A stretch of 64,000 nt of DNA, taken from NCBI GenBank assembly GCA_963792585.1, contig CAWBWI010000001.1, positions 800,001 through 864,000 of the forward strand. Reading direction: 5' to 3'. This document shows, in pieces, positions 42,710-52,264 of the stretch. The stretch comes from Candidatus Eiseniibacteriota bacterium (GTDB lineage: Bacteria > Eisenbacteria > RBG-16-71-46 > CAIMUX01 > VGJL01). The notes below the pieces were generated by a model. That model saw only the letters and a list, made by a program, of their open reading frames with translations, ran no database searches and was not told the origin of the DNA. Within the stretch, counting starts at the first letter, position 1. Each line of letters opens with the position of its first letter. Both the position numbers and the translations under genes were made by a program.

Positions 42710-44248
42710 TCAACCTCCTCGCCGCGAGAATGCGGCGGCGATCCCCAAAGCGATTCCCAACGCAAGGACTCCGCGCAGCAGCCATTCCCCGTGGCGGACG
42801 TAGAAACTCGGGCCCGTCGAAGGCATGACGCGCGCCTGGATTTCGGCCTCCACGAAGGTCCGAGTCCGGTGCGCCACCCGGCCCCACGGATCGACGATCA
42901 TCGATATCCCCGTGTTCGCGCAACGAAGGAGCGGGGTGCGCGTCTCGACCGCCCGGAAGATCGCCATGTCGGCGTGCTGTACGGGCGCCGCGGTGTCACC
43001 GAACCAGAAGTCGTTCGTGACATTCACGAGGATCCTCGCCCCCTCACGTACGAACTTGCGGGCCATGTCGGGGAATATGCTCTCGAAGCATATCAGACAG
43101 GCCATATGCGTCCGAGAAACCGCGAATAGGACATCCCGGGTCCCGGGGCTGAAGTCCGATTGACCGAAGTTGAGACCCGACAACCACGGCATCGTCTTCT
43201 CGAACGGCATCCGCTCCGAGAAGGGGACGAGCCGCTGCTTGTCGTAACGTTCGGCCACCCGTCCGTCCGCGTCGAAGAGGGCCACGGAGTTGTGCGAGAC
43301 GTACGTGTCGTCGACCAAGGAGTGATCGAGCGTCCCTGCCAGGAGGGGGATGTCGAGCGAGTCGACGGCGGCGCAGACCCTCGACAGAAACACCGGTTCC
43401 CGCAGAAGAACCATCGGCACGGCCGTTTCCGGCCAGATGATGAGATCAGGTTTCGCAACGGCGGCGTGCCTCGTGCGCGCCAGCAGATCGTCGATCACGA
43501 TTTCCCGGTATCGCGGATCCCACTTGATGGTCCGGCTGGTGTTGGGCTGGATCAAGGCGACTCGCAGGCCCCGTTCTCCATCCACCACTTCTGCATCGGC
43601 CCGCCGCAGCACTGCGGAGCCATGGACCCAGGGGAGGAGAAAGAGGATCCCCCAGACCGTCCAGGCGAGGACGCGCCGTCGCGCGGTCGCCCGCAAGGCG
43701 ATGTAGAGGAGTCCCGCCGTCAGGTCGACCCAGAGAACGATGCCCCAGAATCCGGTCGCCGAAGAGAACTGGAGCAACGGGGTGGCGCGGACCAGCGCAT
43801 AGCCGCTCGCCCCCCACGGGAACGCCAGCTCCCCGTGAGAACGGGCCGCCTCCGCCAGCGTGGCGGCGATGGGCCAGACGAGGCCCAACGGGGCACGCAG
43901 ACGACGGGAGACGAAGCAGGCAAGCGCGGAGGCGAGGCCGAAATAGACGCCCAAATATGCCCCGAGAAAGAGCAACGCGGGGATCATGAGACCCGGGATC
44001 GTGAACTCCTCGCTCGGGAGGGCCAGGATCCAGTGGAGGATCGCCACGAATTGGACCGCAGCCGCAGTCCAGCCGAGCAGAAACGCGCGTCGCCAGGTCG
44101 GCCCGGGTCCGCGATCCAGCGCCCAGAGCAGGGGCAGGGGTGCGATCAGGATCAAGGGCCAGACTGCGATGGGCGCAAAGGCCGCTGCCGCGAGGAGCCC
44201 CGCGGCCGGGGCCGCCAGAAACCCGGGGTCTTGACCTAGCTTCCGCAT
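42710..44248 (-). CDS. lnt: apolipoprotein N-acyltransferase
   Basis: FPW, WPE, KQRLVPFSE, ICFES, TNDFWF, ANTGIS. Confidence 0.94.
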   Translation of the reverse strand: MRKLGQDPGFLAAPAAGLLAAAAFAPIAVWPLILIAPLPLLWALDRGPGPTWRRAFLLGWTAAAVQFVAILHWILALPSEEFTIPGLMIPALLFLGAYLGVYFGLASALACFVSRRLRAPLGLVWPIAATLAEAARSHGELAFPWGASGYALVRATPLLQFSSATGFWGIVLWVDLTAGLLYIALRATARRRVLAWTVWGILFLLPWVHGSAVLRRADAEVVDGERGLRVALIQPNTSRTIKWDPRYREIVIDDLLARTRHAAVAKPDLIIWPETAVPMVLLREPVFLSRVCAAVDSLDIPLLAGTLDHSLVDDTYVSHNSVALFDADGRVAERYDKQRLVPFSERMPFEKTMPWLSGLNFGQSDFSPGTRDVLFAVSRTHMACLICFESIFPDMARKFVREGARILVNVTNDFWFGDTAAPVQHADMAIFRAVETRTPLLRCANTGISMIVDPWGRVAHRTRTFVEAEIQARVMPSTGPSFYVRHGEWLLRGVLALGIALGIAAAFSRRGG

Positions 44249-44319
44249 CTGGGCTAACGTGATCTTTTGCTTCGAGCCAAAGGTACGGTGGGATTGGTTC
44301 CCAGGGAGGAAGAACGGAA

Positions 44320-44592
44320 ATGCCTCATCACAAGTCGGCCGTGAAGCGGATGCGCACCAGCGAGCGCGACCGTCAGAAGAACATCGCGGTCAAGAGCCAG
44401 GTCCGCGGAGCGACGAGGAAGGTCCGCGACGATGCGAAGACCGAAGAGGCTCCCGAGTTGCTTCGCAAGGCCCACTCGGTGCTCGACAACGCCGTCCGCA
44501 AGGGCGTGGTCCACAAGAACACGGCGAACCGCCAGAAGTCGCGCCTCGCGAAGGCCGTCGGCCGGGCCCGCAAGTCCTCCGCGACGAACTAG
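44320..44592 (+). CDS. rpsT: 30S ribosomal protein S20
   Basis: HKSAVKRMR...KGVVHKNTANRQKSRL; SD GGAGG. Confidence 0.96.
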   Translation: MPHHKSAVKRMRTSERDRQKNIAVKSQVRGATRKVRDDAKTEEAPELLRKAHSVLDNAVRKGVVHKNTANRQKSRLAKAVGRARKSSATN

Positions 44593-45347
44593 TCCCCGCA
44601 CAACAGGTCTTCCCACCCGTACCACCCCGGGCCCTGACGCAAGAGACGGCGCAGGGCCTCGAGGCATCCGGCCGCGAAAGCGGTTCGGTCCTGCACCCTG
44701 TGGATCGCCTCGATCGTCTCCCCGGCGATTCCGAGAAGGACCCGATGCTCGCCCACGACGTCACCGATCCGCAGGGCATGGATGCCGATCTCATCGGCTT
44801 CCCTGGGGCCGATGATTCCCTGCCGGCCGAACACGGCGCGTCCCCCCCGCTCTTCCTTCCACGCGTCGGCAAGCCGCAATGCGGTTCCGCTCGGGGCGTC
44901 CCGCTTGCCGCAGTGGTGCACTTCCGATATCTCGATCTGCCAGCCTTCGGGCAGCTTCCGCGCCGCCTCGCGCAGTGCCCGCGTGAGAAAGGGGATCCCC
45001 ACGCTGAAGTTCGGCGACCAGCAGACCGCGACGGTCTCGGCCGCCGTGCGGAGTGCGGCACGCCCCGCGTCATCGAGTCCCGTCGAGCCCGAGACGAGAA
45101 CGCATCCGATCCGCTGGGCGTGTCCGGCAGCTTCCGCGGCCCCCGCTCCCGATGTGAAGTCGATGATCCCGGCCACCGCGCGGGGCGCCAGAGAGGAGAG
45201 GTCGGGCCCGGTGAGCGCGCCGAGGGTGAGGGAACGATCCGCGCGGAACACGAGTGAGAGGTCCGATGCGGACGCCAGGGCGCGTTCCACGGCCGAGCCC
45301 ATGCGGCCGCAAGCGCCCGCGAGCGCGATCGGGCGCTTTTCGCTCAC
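44589..45347 (-). CDS. dapB: 4-hydroxy-tetrahydrodipicolinate reductase
   Basis: GACGRMG, GSTG, PNFSVG, EVHHCGKRDAPSGTA, VGEH. Confidence 0.93.
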   Translation of the reverse strand: MSEKRPIALAGACGRMGSAVERALASASDLSLVFRADRSLTLGALTGPDLSSLAPRAVAGIIDFTSGAGAAEAAGHAQRIGCVLVSGSTGLDDAGRAALRTAAETVAVCWSPNFSVGIPFLTRALREAARKLPEGWQIEISEVHHCGKRDAPSGTALRLADAWKEERGGRAVFGRQGIIGPREADEIGIHALRIGDVVGEHRVLLGIAGETIEAIHRVQDRTAFAAGCLEALRRLLRQGPGWYGWEDLLCGD

Positions 45348-46231
45348 GCGGTCCCGAGAGAGGCGACGAAGCGGTCGGTCGTCTCGAGGATCCGGCCCAG
45401 TTCCGCCGCCGTCTTCTCGCCCACGGGCACGAGCGGCAGCCGGAACTCCTCCGCGATGAACCCGCGCACCGCGAGGGCGCGCTTCAGCGGACCCGGATTC
45501 GATTCGAGGAAGAGCCCCTTGAAGAGCGGGAAGAGCCCAAGATGGATCCTCCGCGCGAGGGCGATGTCGCCCGCGGCGAACGCGTCGAGCATGCGGCGCA
45601 ACGGCGCCGGGAATACGTTTCCGAGCACCGAGACGACACCGGTCGCGCCGGCGGCGAGCATCGGCAGCGTGAGGGAATCGTCCCCCGAGAGAACGGTGAT
45701 CTTGGATGTCGCGCACAGCTCGCTCACCTGGTCGAGGGAGCCGCACGCCTCCTTCACCGCCACGATGTTCGGAATCTCGGCGAGACGACGGATCGTCTCG
45801 GGTTCGAGCTTCACCGATGTCCGCCCCGGGACGTTGTAGAGGACGATCGGAAGCCGACTCGCGCGGGCGACCTCTTCGTAGTGTCTCAGCAGTCCCGCCT
45901 GCGTCGGCTTGTTGTAGTACGGGGTGATGACGAGCGCACCGTCGGCGCCCCACTCCTCTGCCCGGCGGGTCAGATCGCAAGTCGAGCGTGTGATGTTGGT
46001 TCCCGTTCCCGCGAGGACGAAGACGCCGGGGCCTTTCCTCTCGACGCACCGCCGCACGAGCCACTCGCGTTCGGCGAGATCGAGGGCCGCCGCTTCTCCA
46101 GTGCATCCGGCGGGAACGAGGCCGTGCACGCCCCCGGTGACCAGGTGATCGATGAGACGGTCCGTTGCGGCGTGATCGAGGTTTCCGTTTCGGAACGGGG
46201 TCGCCATTGCGACCGAGAGCCCCTCGAACAT
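45344..46231 (-). CDS. dapA: 4-hydroxy-tetrahydrodipicolinate synthase
   Basis: TPF, GCTGE, PYYNKP, YNVPGRT, KEA, SGDD, ESNPGP. Confidence 0.95.
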   Translation of the reverse strand: MFEGLSVAMATPFRNGNLDHAATDRLIDHLVTGGVHGLVPAGCTGEAAALDLAEREWLVRRCVERKGPGVFVLAGTGTNITRSTCDLTRRAEEWGADGALVITPYYNKPTQAGLLRHYEEVARASRLPIVLYNVPGRTSVKLEPETIRRLAEIPNIVAVKEACGSLDQVSELCATSKITVLSGDDSLTLPMLAAGATGVVSVLGNVFPAPLRRMLDAFAAGDIALARRIHLGLFPLFKGLFLESNPGPLKRALAVRGFIAEEFRLPLVPVGEKTAAELGRILETTDRFVASLGTA

Positions 46232-46233
46232 TT

Positions 46234-47085
46234 CTATCCCTTCTTGCCGGCGCGAACCACCCGCGCCGAACGCGGCGCCGTCTTCGGAGTCAGGGGCCAC
46301 GTCCCTGTGTAGACGGCGCGACTCGGGCCCTCCAGCCAGTACTGCTGCTCGACATCCCGCCAGACGCGAAGGGTATCCCCGCCGTGCGTGATGACCGTGA
46401 TCGGTCCGGCGTCTCCCCCGAGTGCCCAGTGGGCAGCCGCCACGGCCCCGGAGCCACACGAGAGGGTCTCCCCTTCCACACCGCGCTCGTAGGTGCGGAT
46501 CCGGATCTCGAGGCGCCGGCGTTCCACGAACGTGACGTTCGCTCCCTTCGGACCGGGCCACGGGTGGTGGCGGAGACCCTGGCCGAGCCCTACGACGTCG
46601 AGGGAGTTCACGTCCCCGACCGGGACGATCCAGTGCTCGACCCCGACGTTGACGAGATCCGCCGGACGGGGACGGAGGCGGGATAGGTCGGGCATCGGTC
46701 GCTGCTCGGCGGGGCCAACGCGCACCGCGACCCCGGTAGCGGTCCTCCGGGCTTCGACCATGATCTTCATGACGTGAAAGTAGATCGGGCCGGGCTGGTC
46801 CCCGAGGATGTAGGCGGCGGCGCAGCGGGCGCCGTTCCCGCAGAAATCGGCAGGGTTGCCGTCGGGGTTCCTGAACTCCACCTGGATCCCCGCCGGGCCG
46901 TCCCGGAGGATCAACAGTCCGTCCCCCCCCACGCCACGGTGGCGGTCGAGAATGTACTTGGCGGAGGTAACGCTAAATGTAGGAATGGGATGGATGCGAC
47001 CATCGACCAGGACGAAGTCGTTCCCGGCCCCCTCCACCTTCCAGAAGGGAAGCCCTGATTCGTCGCCGGCGGACCTTCCCTTCAC
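46234..47085 (-). CDS. dapF: diaminopimelate epimerase
   Basis: GAGNDF, GGDG, CGNGARC, ERGVEGETLSCGSG; SD AAGGAGG. Confidence 0.93.
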   Translation of the reverse strand: MKGRSAGDESGLPFWKVEGAGNDFVLVDGRIHPIPTFSVTSAKYILDRHRGVGGDGLLILRDGPAGIQVEFRNPDGNPADFCGNGARCAAAYILGDQPGPIYFHVMKIMVEARRTATGVAVRVGPAEQRPMPDLSRLRPRPADLVNVGVEHWIVPVGDVNSLDVVGLGQGLRHHPWPGPKGANVTFVERRRLEIRIRTYERGVEGETLSCGSGAVAAAHWALGGDAGPITVITHGGDTLRVWRDVEQQYWLEGPSRAVYTGTWPLTPKTAPRSARVVRAGKKG

Positions 47086-47185
47086 CTTCGCCTCCTTCGC
47101 CGCGCTCCCGAGCGGCCCTACTTTGTAGTGTCCGCGAAAAGGCCCCCTCGCGCAACACGGTTCCCGCACTCCCTTGCGCGACAGA

Positions 47186-48466
47186 TCAAGGTCGCGGGAG
47201 GAGTTGGATGTCCACCGCTTCCAGGGTTCGACCCGGCAAGATTTCGATCGGATGGGTAAATTCGCCCTGCGCTTCGCCGGGACCCGCCTGGCCGTCCGCG
47301 TCGGCATCCCGGAAGGCGCGCAGCCGGTAGATCCCGGGCACGACATCCCTGAACTCGAAGGGCCCCTTCCCCCGCACTTCGGCAACCAGGCTCGTGTCCT
47401 TCTCGAAGAGCCTCACGATCACGGGCAAGGCACATCTTACGGAATCCAACCGTGCCGGGATCCGGAGCGAGTCGATCACCGCGAGCCGCGCGCGGACCAC
47501 AAGGGTGTCGACGGCCGGTTCCACGAACTGCCCGAAGCCCATGATGCTGTCCCCTGCAGCGGCCTTTCCGACCGGCGGCCCGCCGATCCGCGCGCTCAGG
47601 CTGTCCGCCTCTTTGTCGAACCTTCGAAGCAGGTCGGCCCCGACCCCGACGCAACTCGAGTCGATCGCCGTTCCCTTGATCGTCCCCGGTTCGTCGGGCA
47701 GGACCATATAGATCTCGAGATCCGAAACGACGCGCGTTGTATCGTCGATCGACACCGGGCCGTCGAGCGACGCCCACAGGTCGTCGTCCTCATCGAAGGT
47801 CCGATTCCGCGCCGCGTCGAACAGGGCACAGATTCTCATCGACGTTCCGCGCGGGAGATAGTCCAACCGGAACATTCCATCCTTGTCTGCCTGACCGATC
47901 CGCAGCGCGCCGAGGCGCTCGTCTTCCGAGGTCGGAGCGGAGTCGCTCCACGCGAAGGCATAGACGTAGGCGAGCGCGGGTTTCAGCCGGCCGCCGCGAA
48001 CCTTCCCGCGAAGACTCCCCGTGTCCAGCCGCGATCCGGTCGAGAACGCCGCCGTCCACGGTCCGAGCGCATTGTGCCGGCGATCTTGCACCTCGGCGCC
48101 AAGCAACACCGCATAGGTCCGCCCCGTGTCGGGGGTATCTCTCAGGATCAGATCGACGCGCTCTCCGGTCCACACGACCGACCGGATCGACAAAGACGGT
48201 GAGATGGCGACCCAATCTCGCACCGTCCGATGATCCATCTTCTTGCTGAAGAGGATCGAGAGGGTCTCGGGACGCACGCCGAGAGCGCCCGAGTCGGGGG
48301 CCATGCCGAGGACACGCGGAGCGGTCCGATCCTCGGGGCCGCCGCTCGGGCTCTCGATCTGCGCACACCCGATCAGCAGCAACAGCCCGGTCAGCACTCC
48401 GACTCCCAGGCCGGAGCGGGGGCGGCGTCCGCCGCCCGCGCCCTTTGCGCCGAAGGTGAGTTTCAC
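47186..48466 (-). CDS. Ig-like (Big_5-type) domain lipoprotein
   Basis: Lipobox LIG-C, then AQIESPSGGPEDRTAP, FSTG, repeated beta domains with D/N-rich loops. Confidence 0.75.
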   Translation of the reverse strand: MKLTFGAKGAGGGRRPRSGLGVGVLTGLLLLIGCAQIESPSGGPEDRTAPRVLGMAPDSGALGVRPETLSILFSKKMDHRTVRDWVAISPSLSIRSVVWTGERVDLILRDTPDTGRTYAVLLGAEVQDRRHNALGPWTAAFSTGSRLDTGSLRGKVRGGRLKPALAYVYAFAWSDSAPTSEDERLGALRIGQADKDGMFRLDYLPRGTSMRICALFDAARNRTFDEDDDLWASLDGPVSIDDTTRVVSDLEIYMVLPDEPGTIKGTAIDSSCVGVGADLLRRFDKEADSLSARIGGPPVGKAAAGDSIMGFGQFVEPAVDTLVVRARLAVIDSLRIPARLDSVRCALPVIVRLFEKDTSLVAEVRGKGPFEFRDVVPGIYRLRAFRDADADGQAGPGEAQGEFTHPIEILPGRTLEAVDIQLLPRP

Positions 48467-48476
48467 GTGCGGACGG

Positions 48477-49406
48477 CTATCCGCGCCGCGTCCCGCCGAG
48501 GCAGTGAACCAGGATCGCCTTCTGCAGGTGCATTCGGTTTTCCGCCTCGTCGAAGACGACGCTCTGCGGCCCGTCCATGACATCGTCGGTGATCTCCTCG
48601 CCGCGGTGCGCCGGCAGGCAGTGCATGACCAACGCGCCTGGAGCCGCCTTTGCCAGCAGAGCCGCGTTCACCTGGTATCCCGCGAACGCCTCCCGGCGCT
48701 TCGCGACCTCCGCCTCCTGGCCCATGCTCGTCCAGGTGTCGGTGTAGATCACCTTCACGCCGGCCACGGCCTCCTGGGGAGTTCGCACGATCGTGATCCG
48801 GCCGCGGCCGGAGGCGCGGACCCGTTCGACCGCCTTGGGGTCCGGATCGAAACCGACGGGACAGGCGAGCCGAAGGTCGATCGCGTACGCGTGGGCCGCG
48901 TCGATCCAGCTCTTCGCGACATTGTTGCCGTCGCCGATCCAGGCCAGCGAGAGGCCGTCCAGGGCGAGCCCCTTCTCGCGGATCGTGAACATGTCCGCCA
49001 GGATCTGGCAGGGATGATCGCTGTCGGTCAGACCGTTGATCACCGGTACGCGAGCATGCCGCGCCAGTTCCTCGACATTCGCCTGGCTGAAGGTCCGGAT
49101 CATGATCCCGTCCACGAAGCCCGAGAGGACCTTGGCGATGTCGTGGATCGACTCGCGCTTGCCGAACCCGATCTCGGCGTCCGTGACGTAGAGGGAGCGC
49201 CCGCCGAGATGGGCCATCCCCACCTCGAAGGAGATCCGCGTGCGGAGCGACGGCTTGTGGAAGATGCAGGCCAGGACCTTGCCTGCGAGTCTGGGGTCGC
49301 TTCGACCCGCCCGCCACGCCTCCTTCAAGGTGGCGGCCAGGTCGAGGAGCAGATCCAACTCCGCCCGATCGTGATTCTGGATGTTTACGAAATCAACCTT
49401 TGCCAT
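48477..49406 (-). CDS. argF: ornithine carbamoyltransferase
   Basis: KPSLRTRISF, HPCQ, GDGNNV, DTWTSMG, HCLPAHRG, AENR. Confidence 0.93.
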   Translation of the reverse strand: MAKVDFVNIQNHDRAELDLLLDLAATLKEAWRAGRSDPRLAGKVLACIFHKPSLRTRISFEVGMAHLGGRSLYVTDAEIGFGKRESIHDIAKVLSGFVDGIMIRTFSQANVEELARHARVPVINGLTDSDHPCQILADMFTIREKGLALDGLSLAWIGDGNNVAKSWIDAAHAYAIDLRLACPVGFDPDPKAVERVRASGRGRITIVRTPQEAVAGVKVIYTDTWTSMGQEAEVAKRREAFAGYQVNAALLAKAAPGALVMHCLPAHRGEEITDDVMDGPQSVVFDEAENRMHLQKAILVHCLGGTRRG

Positions 49407-49436
49407 CGTCCCCTCCCCTGTTCCCATCTGCGCCGA

Positions 49437-50795
49437 TCAAAGGATGAACCGGCTCAAGTCCCTGTTGCCCAGGATCGGGCGGAGGCGTTCCTCCACCCGT
49501 TCCTCGGTGATGGTAACCCGACCGGCCACTCCGTCGGGAGCCTCGAAGAGCAACTCCTCCAGCAGCGTGGTCAGGACCGTGTGCAGCCGCCGCGCGCCAA
49601 TGTTCTCCGTCATCTCGTTGACGTCCTTCGCAATCCCCGCGAGCCTCCGGATCGCACCAGGCTCGAAGACCACCTCGACCCCTTCGGTCGCCAGAAGGGC
49701 TTGGTACTGCTTGAGGAGCGCATTTCGGGGCTCGGTGAGGATGCGAACGAAGTCGCCCTCCGACAACGGCTGGAGTTCCACACGAATCGGCAGGCGCCCC
49801 TGAAGCTCGGGGATCAGCTCGGATGGGTCGTTCTCGTGAAACGCCCCGGCCGCGATGAAGAGGATATGGTCGGTCCGCACCATCCCATAGCGGGTCGCGA
49901 CGCTCGATCCCTCGAGGATCGGCAGCAGATCACGCTGGACGCCCTGGCGGGAAACCTCGGGGCCGGCGCCCGCGTGCGTGCCGGCGATCTTGTCGATCTC
50001 GTCGATGAAGATGATCCCATGGTGCTGGACCCGCTCGAGCCCGTCGGCGACGACCTGGTCCGCGTCGATCAGCCTCTCGGTCTCGTCCTGCAGGAGAAGC
50101 TCGCGCGCCTCGCCGATCCGCATCCGCCTGCGTTTGCGCTTGCGCGGCAGGATCGACTCGAACGCCTCGGCCAACCCCGCGTCGATCTCGTCGAATCCCG
50201 CGCCGGGAAAGATCGACAGAGGACGCGGCGCGCGCGATCCCGTCTCGATCTCGACGTCCCGATCCTCCAGATCCCCGGCCGCGAGCTGCTCGCGCAATCG
50301 ATCCCGCGTCCGGCGGCCCTCGCTCGGGTCGAGCTCGGTCCCATCGGCGGGCGGCCGTGGCTTGCGCCGGGGCAGGAGGAGGCCGAGCAGCTTCTGCTCG
50401 ACCAGTCCTGCCGCCTTCTCCCTGACCTCCTCCGAGTGCGCCGCACGCGCCATTCCGACTCCCAGCTCCACGAGATCACGCACCATCGACTCGACGTCGC
50501 GCCCCACGTAGCCGACCTCGGTGAACTTGGAGGCCTCGACCTTCAGGAACGGGGCCTGCGTCAGCCGCGCCAGGCGTCGCGCGATCTCGGTCTTCCCGAC
50601 ACCCGTCGGACCGATCATGAGGATGTTGTTGGGCAGGATCTCATCGCGCATCTCGCCGGGAACCCGTCGTCTCCGGTAGCGGTTGCGAAGAGCGATCGCC
50701 ACGGCGCGCTTCGCCGAATCCTGACCGATCACGTAGCGGTCGAGTTCGGTGACGATCTGCTTCGGTGTCAGCGCGGCCGGATCCATTCCGCTCAT
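49437..50795 (-). CDS. hslU: ATP-dependent protease ATPase subunit HslU
   Basis: [38 protein letters not shown]. Confidence 0.96.
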   Translation of the reverse strand: MSGMDPAALTPKQIVTELDRYVIGQDSAKRAVAIALRNRYRRRRVPGEMRDEILPNNILMIGPTGVGKTEIARRLARLTQAPFLKVEASKFTEVGYVGRDVESMVRDLVELGVGMARAAHSEEVREKAAGLVEQKLLGLLLPRRKPRPPADGTELDPSEGRRTRDRLREQLAAGDLEDRDVEIETGSRAPRPLSIFPGAGFDEIDAGLAEAFESILPRKRKRRRMRIGEARELLLQDETERLIDADQVVADGLERVQHHGIIFIDEIDKIAGTHAGAGPEVSRQGVQRDLLPILEGSSVATRYGMVRTDHILFIAAGAFHENDPSELIPELQGRLPIRVELQPLSEGDFVRILTEPRNALLKQYQALLATEGVEVVFEPGAIRRLAGIAKDVNEMTENIGARRLHTVLTTLLEELLFEAPDGVAGRVTITEERVEERLRPILGNRDLSRFIL

Positions 50796-51331
50796 GGCTT
50801 CGGCAAGGACTCCACGAGGATCGTCCCCCCGGTGTAGATGCAGATTTCAGCGGCGCTGCGGAGCGCCTCCTCCGCGATCCGCTCGACCGGAAGTTCCGTG
50901 TGACGCGTCAGAGCGCGGGCCACGCCGAGGGCATAGCCGCCGCCCGCGCCGATCCCGAGGATTCCGTCGTCCGGTTCATAGAGCTCCCCCGACCCGGACA
51001 GGGCGAACGCCTTCTCCGTGTCGAGGACGATCAGCTGCGCCTCGAGACGGCGTAGCATCCGGTCGGTCCTCCACAGCCGGGCAACCTCCACGGCGGCGCG
51101 TGTCAGGTTCCCACGTTGCGCATCGAGGGCCGCCTCGAACCGCTCGAAGAGCTGGAGCGCATCGGAGGCTCCTCCGGCGAATCCCGCCAGCACCTTGCCC
51201 GCACCCAATACACGGATCTTGCGGGCCGTCGTCTTGACGATGGTGTCTCCCGCCGTCATCTGGCCATCCGCCGCGATCGCCGCGCGGCCGTCCCGTACGA
51301 TGCCCAGAACCGTCGTCGCGCGAAGCCGCAT
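50792..51331 (-). CDS. hslV: ATP-dependent protease subunit HslV
   Basis: ATTVL Thr nucleophile, DGQMT, GFAG, LRRLEA, ICIYT. Confidence 0.95.
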   Translation of the reverse strand: MRLRATTVLGIVRDGRAAIAADGQMTAGDTIVKTTARKIRVLGAGKVLAGFAGGASDALQLFERFEAALDAQRGNLTRAAVEVARLWRTDRMLRRLEAQLIVLDTEKAFALSGSGELYEPDDGILGIGAGGGYALGVARALTRHTELPVERIAEEALRSAAEICIYTGGTILVESLPKP

Positions 51332-51341
51332 GCCGCGCTCC

Positions 51342-52264
51342 TCAGTGCCCCCGCGGGTGGAAACGATCCACCGCGTCCCGGAGGGCTTCGATCGAAACAT
51401 GGGTGTACACCTGAGTCGTGCCGAGTCCCGCATGGCCCAGCAGTTCCTGGATCATCCGGATGTCCGCGCCGCGGTCGAGCAGGTGGGTGGCGAAGCTGTG
51501 CCGGAGGGCGTGTGGGGATGAGCCCCCGGCCCGCGCGAGGCGTCCGAGGTGGGCGTGGACGCGTCGCTGTACCGTCCGCGGCGTCAGGCGCTTGCCGCTC
51601 GGCCCGCAGAAGAGGCGGGAGCTGTCCCGGCGAGGCGGCTATGTGGGCGCGAAGCGCCTCCGCCGCCGGCGGGCCGAAACAGGCGATCCGTTCCTTTCGT
51701 CCCTTGCCGAGCACGCGAACGGTTCTCCCGGCGAGGTCGATATCCTCACGATCGATCCCCACGAGCTCCGAGAGGCGGATCCCGGTCGCGTAGAGCAGCT
51801 CGAGGATCGCGCGGTCACGCGTCGAGCGCGGGTCGTCCGGCCACTGTCCCGTCGAGGAGCGATGCGATCTCGCTCTCGGGGATGAACCGCGGCAGTCGCG
51901 AGCCGGCCCTGGGCAGGACCAGCAGAACCGACGGGTCGGAGGGGATCAGGTTTCGGCGGTGGAGGTAACGGCCGAACGAGCGAAGTGCGGCAACCTTGCG
52001 GATCACACTGCGCGCCTGGACCCCCCGTGTGGAGAGGACGCTCAGATAGGCGCGAAGCACCGGAAGACTCCAGGCGTCGAGCCCGCCCTTGCCGCGCTTG
52101 GCAGCCCAGTTCAGATACTGTCGAAGATCGGACGCGTAGGCCTCGACGGTGTGGGGGCTCTTCGCCTCGACGCGCAGGAGCTGGCGCTCGGACCAGTTCT
52201 CCATCGCCGCGGCGAGCGGACCGTGCGGCTCGTTCCCCTCGGATCCCGCCTCGGCAGGGCTCAT
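51342..52264 (-). CDS. xerC: tyrosine recombinase XerC/D (frameshifted)
   Basis: [44 protein letters not shown] across frames; topA-xerC-hslVU context. Confidence 0.88.

Noticed and set aside
47116..47131. ACACTACAAAGTAGGG as an NrdR box
   Set aside because: Palindrome spacing is one base too long and dapF is not an NrdR-type target
48477..49406. SLRT motif suggesting N-acetyl/succinyl-ornithine transcarbamylase
   Set aside because: The SMG loop and HCLPAHRG are those of an ordinary OTCase
51342..52264. Tyrosine recombinase as a mobile-element integrase
   Set aside because: Standard chromosomal topA-xerC-hslV-hslU context
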